DNA from: Strigamia acuminata
Lineage: Eukaryota
NCBI GenBank assembly: GCA_949358305.1
Contig: OX442314.1
Span: 16,678,001 to 16,742,000, forward strand
Direction of reading: 5' to 3'
DNA: 64,000 nucleotides
The position numbers and the translations under genes are program-made. Each line of letters begins with the position of its first letter. Within the stretch, counting starts at the first letter, position 1. Below, in pieces: positions 61,401 through 64,000 of this stretch. The notes beneath the pieces were generated by a model. That model ran no database searches. It was not told where the DNA came from and worked only from the letters and a program-made list of their open reading frames with translations.

Positions 61401-63931
61401 TTGTGCGCATGTTCGGCTCACTGCTGAAAACACACGGCTTAAGTGCAGCAACTTATTTTAAAGTACTCTCTCCCCAAGTTGAAATGGATTTGGCACAAAT
61501 CCAAGCTAATCTGAATGCAACGTACCGTGTTCAAGTGAAATGCATGACGGCTAACTGTAGGTACAGCAAGGTAAGAAATTGTTACATGTAGTAATAAAAC
61601 ACATCCTAGTACAGTTTAACCCAAACTCATTACAAAATACTTTGCGTGGACAACAAAATTTGTTTACTGTAATTACCATAAATGTTCTAAAAGAATGCAG
61701 GATGCCCAAAGTGGTATCTATTACAACGCGGGTCTAAATGGACAAAAACGACTGAATTAAACCAAATCACTAAATTGAAGAAAACGACCAAATTAAATGT
61801 CTGAGTTGATCAACTACACTAAACAAACTGAGAGGAAAATCTAGGTTTTATCAATAGAACACCCGCGTTCTATTAGAGCATTTAGGTTTTTGCATTAAGC
61901 AATTTGTAATGGGTCTGCCAGTGTTGTGTCAAACGCGAACTAAGTTCGTTAGTTCGCGAACTAAGATCGCGAACTAGTTCACGCAAAAAATAAACTTAGT
62001 TCACTTTTAAGAGTGAACTTAAACGAAGTTCGCGTTTACCATGTTTGATGATGAAAACGTAACTTTTTGCATCTGTTTTAAACGTTTTGATGACTTTTTC
62101 ATCATCAAAACATTCATTTTGATCACTTTTTACAACAAAAACGACGAAATCAGCCATTTTCGTCATTAAAAAACAATAAAAACGACTGCTTTACTAAAAA
62201 AAACCATCTGCAAAAACCATCTGCAAACCACAAAACAAAAAAAACATTTCAATTTTTTTAAAAAAAAATTGGAAAAGTGAACTGAACTATTGGTTCACTT
62301 AAAGAAAAATTTTAGTGAACGTGAACGTGAACTAGTTCATACAGTGATGAACGCGAACTTGAACTAGTTCGCGATTTGATGAACAAGATACAACACTGGG
62401 GTCTGCACTGTACAGCAAATTGCATTGCATGTATAGTTTGCACTTCAATGTACAGGAGATGAATTCACAGGATGACACAGATCAACATTATAGCGCACAT
62501 GCCCTTGTTTTGATCCCGCAGAAATCCCTTGGTGTCAACATAACAACCGCTTCATAATCTCGTGTGGGTCGAAGTGCACATGAGGGCAAGAAGTGAGTTG
62601 CAGGCCTTCAAGTGGGATTACGGTTAAAGCAAAGCGACAGGTTCTCTTTCATCTCCCCTGTGGGTTGTGCGCACTTTTCTGCACAAAAGAAAATGCGCCT
62701 TTAGAACGTCACACGAACACACAACCTTTTGAAAAGCTTAAAACAAACTTAGCATTGATCTGCAAAGATCTTAGAACTGTGGAAAGTTCCACCACTGATG
62801 ATTGTTCTCACTTCGACTTAGGAAGAAGATGAAAAATGGCTAAACAGTAGAGCATCGATTATCCAGACTAAATAAGTGGGAGACGTGGGTGTTCATAAAA
62901 CCGATCGAACTGATCGAACATTCGGTTTATACTGTAGTGCATATAAAAATACAAAATTGTTTAAAGAAGCGTTAAAAACCGATTAAAAATGCATAAAACT
63001 CGCTGAAAAGCATTAAAAACCGATTAAAAATGCATAAAACTCGCTGAAAAGCATTAAAATCCGATTAAAAATGCATAAAACTCGTTAAAAAGCATTAAAA
63101 ACGGATAAAAAAAATCAACTACCGCTATTCGAATAACCGATCGTTCGTATAACCGGTGTTCCAATAATCGATGCGCTACTGTATTTGTTCAATAAATTAA
63201 ATGACATGTGGACAAGAATGATTGCCAATTCATACAGTTCTAATTCAAATTCTCTCACGCTAAATTATTCAAATAACTTTTTCAATAACTCTTTTATGTC
63301 TAAATGTTCAAAGTGCACTTCTCAGTACTTGTATTATTATAAGCAGTAAGAAAATATACTAGCTACATTTGTGTTGATTTAGGATATCGAATTCAAAGGC
63401 CAAATGATTCCATGCTTCGAAAGTGGAGGAATTGTGTTCCTAGGATCTCCCGATGTTTGCGGACTGGAGTCATTACTCTGCAGTGGTCTATACATTTGTG
63501 ATATCCCAATACACGATGCTTCCAGAGACGTTGTACTAGTAGGAGAACACTCAAAGGCACAAGACACACTCAGGCGCCAAATGAACAAGCTTCGAACTTC
63601 GATAGAAGATGCCAATACGGCAGTAGAAGAAGAGCGACAGAAGAATGTTCAATTACTTCACCTCATCTTTCCACCCAAAATTGCCAAAAAACTTTGGTTA
63701 GGTACAACAGAAAGCATTTCCCACTGACTTCCACAAATCGTTAATTCTTTTATCAATTTTGCAGGGTTGCAAATCGAAGCGGAAACTCACTCGAACGTAA
63801 CGATGCTCTTTTCCGACATTGTCGGTTTCACATCTATTTGCTCAACAGCCACGCCAATGATGGTGATTGAAATGCTCAATAAATTGTACAGTCGTTTTGA
63901 TGATTTCTGCGGCCAATTGGATGTTTACAAG
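25119..63931 (+). CDS. GUCY1A1: Soluble guanylate cyclase alpha subunit, 3'-partial; exons 25119-25265, 34736-34803, 41881-41978, 60873-61570, 63383-63701, 63765-63931, continuing past the window
   Basis: Exons 4-6 give [58 protein letters not shown] and [24 protein letters not shown], typical of arthropod sGC alpha. Exons 1-3 were found by splice signals and a consistent phase chain (0,2,1) and are less certain. No YxSxR heme motif. Confidence 0.85.
25310..25547. mobile_element. MITE with subterminal CCGCGAC repeats
   Basis: GGGG..CATCTAGCGCGA / TCGCGCTAGATG..CCCC inverted ends; possible 8-bp TSD GCCAAAAT/GCAAAAAT. Confidence 0.65.
28008..28499. mobile_element. MITE with about 31-bp TIRs
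   Basis: TAGAGAGTTTGCGGGATGCATTTTTCCCTTA / TAAGGGAAAAATGCATCCCGCAAACTCTCTA. Internal hairpin at 28041-28082 and a duplicated GCCGAATTTCAAGCAGGAACTC. Confidence 0.8.
31423..32246 (+). mobile_element. Solo LTR, 824 bp
   Basis: TGTAAT...ATCACA termini with a 4-bp TSD AGCT on both sides. Strand is tentative. Confidence 0.65.
32573..32792. mobile_element. Degenerate hAT-like MITE
   Basis: CAGTGGCGCGTTTA / TAAACGCGCGACTG ends; 8-bp flanks match at 6 of 8 positions. Confidence 0.55.
33005..33445. repeat. Degenerate long inverted repeat (old foldback/MITE)
   Basis: GTGACACAAGAGATGCAAACTGTCAAAA mirrored by TTTTGACAGTTTGCATCTCTTAGTGTCAC, with further mirrored blocks outward. Confidence 0.7.
36234..41060 (+). 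mobile_element. Full-length Copia LTR retrotransposon in sGC alpha intron 2
   Basis: 196-bp LTRs at 36234-36429 and 40865-41060, identical by eye. 5-bp TSD GATTT; PBS TGGTAGCAGAGG (initiator tRNA-Met 3' end); PPT AAAAGAAGGGG. Confidence 0.97.
36590..40774 (+). CDS. Copia Gag-Pol polyprotein (Gag, PR, IN, RT, RNase H), 1394 aa
   Basis: [69 protein letters not shown]. Integrase precedes RT. Confidence 0.97.
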   Translation: MAMADSFVNVSSSSTTVERLTDRNYFLWKMRLRAVLKMKGLWKMVIVNDEPEKGRLGQANYGQMRAIWENWEQKNDEAMGILMLSLSAEQGVRYSMETNAKKLWETIETHMGPKNDFEVVKCGIELAQLKMNEKETIDTYINRAEAIKTKASELGKIYSNQEMLSYVARGLRVEFEHNVRIFEGQNNNLTLSEARTALRFEEERQRAKKKSHDGNGSENAYRIRQRGKCNIECYNCHKIGHYAKDCWSKSKTGDPTRGNANPRGTATNTRTPNRGRGGNRTNEQSARSEVRPTPKPREYSCGARVLAINEAVERESDEETPDELEDWLLDSGATSHMVSHKDDFEFFESYPQKVGLASEAEAKSPGRGQMRVTEDVSRNTLRLSNVLYIPNLQTNLLSVPKMVDAGLTVTFTRQCANVQDEDGNHVMRAQRVDDKFMIGAIYNEANHIQPVNEVACTTQCLTRTLWHQRLGHPNFKNMEDMKSQNLVIGLNWDEKLPDETCMECVKGKMTRVPRRAVSYQQSQEIMELIHVDLMGPMPVPTLGGARYVLTMVDDCSRMVFLRVLSTKSEAGTAIKDFVAHIELQMGRLVKRIRSDNGGEFLNDSLGQYFTQKGILHELTTSYSPESNAIAERMNRTVTEAMRTLLVDSKLPQKFWGEAILTAAHLRNRCKTSTHGKTPYERWKGRIPNVSYLRRFGCVAHVLEPKFRQNKLKDKTREGILVGYSTKRKAYRIFMRDTGKITESCDVVFEESRLGNNHLDRTDESEEPMDLDVVYDLGEAPPQPIEQLAPDVDIDEPDPPIVAPVPEQLPARRGGRRPGATKEVLAANKQARIDETEANLQQRGVRRSTRIREQALRQRGTRQRGARHRGARHSRKILEQALMAEIMFTPNTYEEAMASDDANEWRKAMQEEIDSMHQHQVWKIEPRPSDAKPVKSKWVFRIKTNADGSIIRYKARLVAVGCGQRPGMDYDQTFSPVVRIESLRTLLNVAAKEDLLLDQYDVKTAYLHGKLKEKIYMEQPKGFETGEGDCVCRLEKSLYGLKQSGRCWNEKLHEVLTKCGFERSPDDPCLYICRSERGVIMMGVYVDDLVTASSSAKFRDEKMAQLGKFVELVHMGELKYILGLEIERDKNEIRLFQRKYAEKVLRRFGLDKCNANATPCELGLKLEEFADSPPVDATLYQEIIGSVMYLATSTRPDLSYPVSSLSRFNKDPREIHLAAAKRLLRYIRGTQNYKLHYGKEKSCLYAHADSSWDSTADARTFTGYVVKDGDSLINWKCRKQGDVAESSCESELDGISDAIRDLTWTKSVLKDFGATFNKDVKLYNDNQAAVQMLQDGIQRVRSKYLNRKYHFIKARVETDHIRVEHIPGTEMIADALTKPLSGPILLKCVQGMGLY
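42378..42616 (+). repeat. Array of about 9 TAAGGTCGAAA motifs (subterminal repeats)
   Basis: Motif repeated at mostly 15/30/35-nt spacing. It is followed by a block (about 42675-42716) that is inverted at about 56555-56593. Confidence 0.85.
43963..45933 (+). CDS. Gypsy Gag, 656 aa
   Basis: First ORF after the PBS; retrotransposon-gag-like [28 protein letters not shown]. No canonical CCHC knuckle seen. Confidence 0.85.
   Translation: MSRQLGGDGIRPVTRDPFDFSELEMEQEWQQSERRSGVRQEEEREFREWQQHDQLRRSRIEQQETLVSIAQQQPAPSNHIMTMAVANSRAQPQVNFATSTPANFLAAPSFFDSTQPRALVDPVTLNTEGLLMSDLRNQYYAQTRGLVNEIREIFQQGPRSLRTGTARSLDGGSSHGSIRVKGTSAPYDLGLPTACPHQQREVEHRGQQTKMSAQAAQIVYTTTTPPMPTMATIYTQAPSQESAHLDHSTRANRDLMSSMLYSKMGYPRDRSDTKAKLSLPSVRAQHASKDKNCFKPGKPPLFDPDKADLDYINLFLAHLYAHMYSMQAPVDEYLKVFVIQATRGRAQRWWLSLKPKPKTWEDFEILFRRAFAMNSAAANVKLSKRKQRNGESTMSFLSEIVYYLQVAGYTDPELQWEKAQNMMQTEVVHLLRAWNVNSLDEAIQRGNDIDNRLQLDTIRADEYKDLGMADQRMPSLRDAQRPTVLKAAEKSKGDDNVKSLVSQDVKRFARYRKQFLIELAAVQARPEQSPPAQEPDTSSSSSDTDAEPEIKKSTVAEAAQKATIKINLATLTPPADVPKDHVCSTSIVTFPPAPKPPLTVKCPEKGTAWRKTPKDWWYLVDTATWHPLCPICYQPFRRPENSEGLKFGKPVEPGRK
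45930..51038 (+). CDS. Gypsy Pol (PR, RT, RNase H, long linker, IN), ending prematurely after the integrase core
   Basis: LLDSGAQ; RMPFG..YIDD; LQTDAS..EIECLA..DHQSL..VADALSR; H..GH..CEAC; IDYYG..SDNA..AERLN. Stops at INSSY*. Confidence 0.93.
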   Translation: MSRPALRAKRLKSKRRASPLINLKEDDPSQVNSTTSPTVITLSEYKPVSSVISSSSSIITSATKASDLQTAVPEAVKDELPKLTDLQPVISKKNPKVTIVSKITKTLPIIKSTSSATTTEAPKEVISPMKVSFVMLTPEELKETQEPIIEITRGDRLCKKAPCVKISWANVACTALLDSGAQTCVMSEDVFQQLHEKMGLDFVNLHERVQVASGDIVDSTKSMQLALRAPIGIIKFICMVLPDAKMDMLLGRDFCTAAGIDIDHARQQWSMVGSNEIRKFMTYEEAKKSESILVLPFAPEETQDPSNPPAAISEIVPTKILRKPDPVSEINCLLLAHRPLQQEIFEYPHDDAQYRVKQVRHRAQRKWSNIWSPKRKETSKISSNLKKTILRKLTLSQFRRLRRLRRKINVIRPIAKQLVAQRAKDINAKKESKINIFSIAQPDNGGNNSKMNINDINFLQYQPSGDPTDLDWIYHQLWNQLTVPQIKLLIKTLQPISQIFREEIGLCNNTEYEVNLKPDFRPIHVPVRPVNPAKKAIIDKYIDKKLQQGIIRRSQSDCAVAPVVVPKKTGEWRTAMDFRPINAQTIPDVYPLPDIDNIFAYLGGAHWFSIIDGREAFHQIGVRKGDERYLAFITHRGLFEYVRMPFGPINGPATLQRAMNKTLAKYLYKFVFVYIDDVIIFSRTFEEHVQHLRLVLEELFNAGFTMNANKTELCQKRLEVLGHIVESGQITPNPKKVVAIQNYPAPTNLRELQRFKGMVGYYQSFIANFSKISEVFRPLLKKDATWIWTDAQQLAFEYLKDQIAIPTLKRRFPSWKKPFILQTDASYSGLGAALMQLNDEGVRIPIAFASRALNSAEKNYKVTEIECLAAVWGVKRFRAYLEMMPFYLESDHQSLKWLFQQREPTGRLARWVLSLSDYKFTFLHCSGCKNKVADALSRAPVDPPEVDDEDDSPEVDEACYLAYFDDCNEWPALNIIKELPKDINLQFRKLFKSTFKKVPLIAASSPTKKKNKKKSLIPRPTGKGKVTGNAPTSGAQIPSSTGVATPPTRAPPVTIPPVALTPIVQPTATPNASIPVAQPTSQVRTPNLSPVRVSVPLRTRRQRSLIPILIKKRGRPRKIDIVPILSPHAKRAIATRTRARLKDPSLIPKSPPWLPPRYAGTIKKWTFPKLLKSQQVGKLKAVRRKSAIPSHVVKPKSKSVLIPPPLPIPTPPATPISTPIPSSIPPSAIIPTRIPAPINPSSFRKKTASAPSQLPTPGTLVDKIRRNFRRITGVPAPIIQPDSHRRPTTKPSPEIPNLPTPSPTPSIPITDFPIISPRQHSEPVMYDDAAGPSGQQRPEGYTSDPDSDSTSSEDSFGPIRDMSPPTRNYYAPPTSARRTPSRLRPRRERTVIEDSRTEAEKQAELEHDPPIEHPPFELLPTAAEIIAAQRQDPWSRELIFYLTAQMLPLDPDEAAKIVADAQDFGMYKEMLCRFPPVHINEIRKRRQIYLPFELRERYFRAMHYPPVVGHMGQERTLHRIKSRVFWPKMREDIRTWIQVCEACQRAKPLNRLPYGKMIMSRSRHLFSAIYIDYYGKKPRSTEGHCYAFVMVDSASRWLDVRLTENSNIATTVKQIQKFCKRWGFPKIIISDNAPAFRSPEFRSQIQQLGAINRYTAAYHPQGNIAERLNQSLKNCILAYIDDDHTRWDVNIGYFVLAINSSY
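51466..51547 (+). pseudogene. tRNA-derived Pol III cassette (left arm of foldback)
   Basis: A box TGGTCCAGTGG at 51473-51483, B box GGTTCAAATCC at 51516-51526 in a T-arm stem, T6 at 51542. The acceptor stem does not pair. Confidence 0.65.
51693..51774 (-). pseudogene. tRNA-derived Pol III cassette (right arm, mirror copy)
   Basis: Reverse complement of the left cassette: A box 51767-51757, B box 51724-51714. Confidence 0.65.
52140..53843 (+). CDS. Gypsy accessory ORF3 of unknown function (5' part interrupted by the foldback)
   Basis: About 567 codons from ATG 52140, inside the LTRs. S/T/P-rich N-terminal half, helical domain, and E/K/R-rich coiled coil. The frame continues upstream of the foldback once the insertion is removed. 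Confidence 0.75.
   Translation: MANLTRAHNEAIAQCRSSTPPVRDNESSFSVTPSICGVAHEIFAETPAAQVQDVRKLERKMADPRLSNVPSTQQPCGPPLSARLPPAMRERFAQSPQNANLSATSFKSTSNNNNLNSNTGARPKLLAKKNVLVTTASATPTTVTAARATEAPSCSTTKISNIPVSTPGPITYAQLPSRNVSTTTKAASTPSTISVSSSQTSTPPPRVASTEASATVASGGAQALEDIASHCDLAVDRYGVTTKPVNSLELIPDLLDEFEVEICVKGPEVSKTRFHMERKGWIALLEHMMDKDFEILRVDFRNIHGQMKTRIRDMAAQVLRRMSECDIYDHDGVLEQLIWIMHEEISRMIYHIRRRRDYERMTTEQRQREYEQKHAAEKARVAEIHRVEEEKKAIQEAKEAEEKRCAEETRLNELREMLQTSAHHHEFAPSIPPGPGFSGWDDAPPTITLELLPSLMSPAAIICNFANGRGECLQFGMSTQAQRQLFRSLAVADLRMPLAEANPLLNLLYRRYGELFLDHCRNEINRRGAVNFHDAQRIVVEIALNMIKYFRIPRHREILEKDFEQQS
56621..56892. repeat. Array of about 12 TAAGGTCGAAA motifs in both orientations, with a 39-bp perfect inverted repeat
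   Basis: GTATATGTAATTTCGACCTTATTCATGATAATTTTCCAT-N11-ATGGAAAATTATCATGAATAAGGTCGAAATTACATATAC, then further copies. Confidence 0.85.
59540..59983. mobile_element. MITE with 8-bp TSD (hAT/P-like) carrying a minisatellite
   Basis: CACAGATTAGA..AGGTGCGTTCAATCTG / CAGATTGAACGCACCT..CTAATCTGTG; TSD GCCGAGTA at 59532-59539 and 59984-59991. Confidence 0.85.
59684..59803 (+). repeat. 5 x 24-bp minisatellite
   Basis: GGCACACGTCCGAATTTACCGTGT units, head to tail with no spacers. Confidence 0.92.
61919..62398. mobile_element. hAT-type MITE
   Basis: CAGTGTTG..CAACACTG ends, perfect 8-bp TSD GGGTCTGC, and GAACT/AGTTC subterminal repeats. Confidence 0.88.
62845..63181. mobile_element. Tc1/pogo-like MITE with 3 x 41-bp internal tandem repeat
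   Basis: CAGTAGAGCATCGATTAT / ATAATCGATGCGCTACTG ends; TTAAAAACCGATTAAAAATGCATAAAACTCGCTGAAAAGCA x3 at about 62972-63095. Confidence 0.7.
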
Positions 63932-64000
63932 GTACAAAACTCGTTTTATTTAACTTGTATCGACACCAATATATCAATATTCTGCATATAACGCAATTTT

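Overview
AT-rich eukaryotic DNA, most likely from an invertebrate (the proteins are arthropod-like); no prokaryotic features. The window has two compartments. (1) Positions 1-17.6 kb form a compact gene cluster with mostly 50-80-nt introns: TMEM135 (-), CLPTM1L (+), 14-3-3 zeta (-, with two mutually exclusive 164-nt exons) and an unusual soluble guanylate cyclase (+). This cyclase has a fully beta-type heme/NO-sensing H-NOX domain but alpha-type residues at the end of its catalytic domain. (2) Positions 17.6-64 kb are TE-rich and carry a conventional sGC alpha subunit gene (+, starts at 25119, runs off the window). Its introns hold an intact Copia element and a 13.2-kb Gypsy element. The Gypsy has an extra non-env ORF, a candidate -1 frameshift signal, and a 1-kb foldback insertion carrying mirror-image tRNA-like Pol III cassettes. 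Also present are a non-autonomous gag-protease-only Copia, three solo LTRs, several nested MITEs and a candidate intronic H/ACA snoRNA. Exon structures and repeat boundaries were worked out by eye, and protein comparisons are to remembered reference sequences; no database searches were run.
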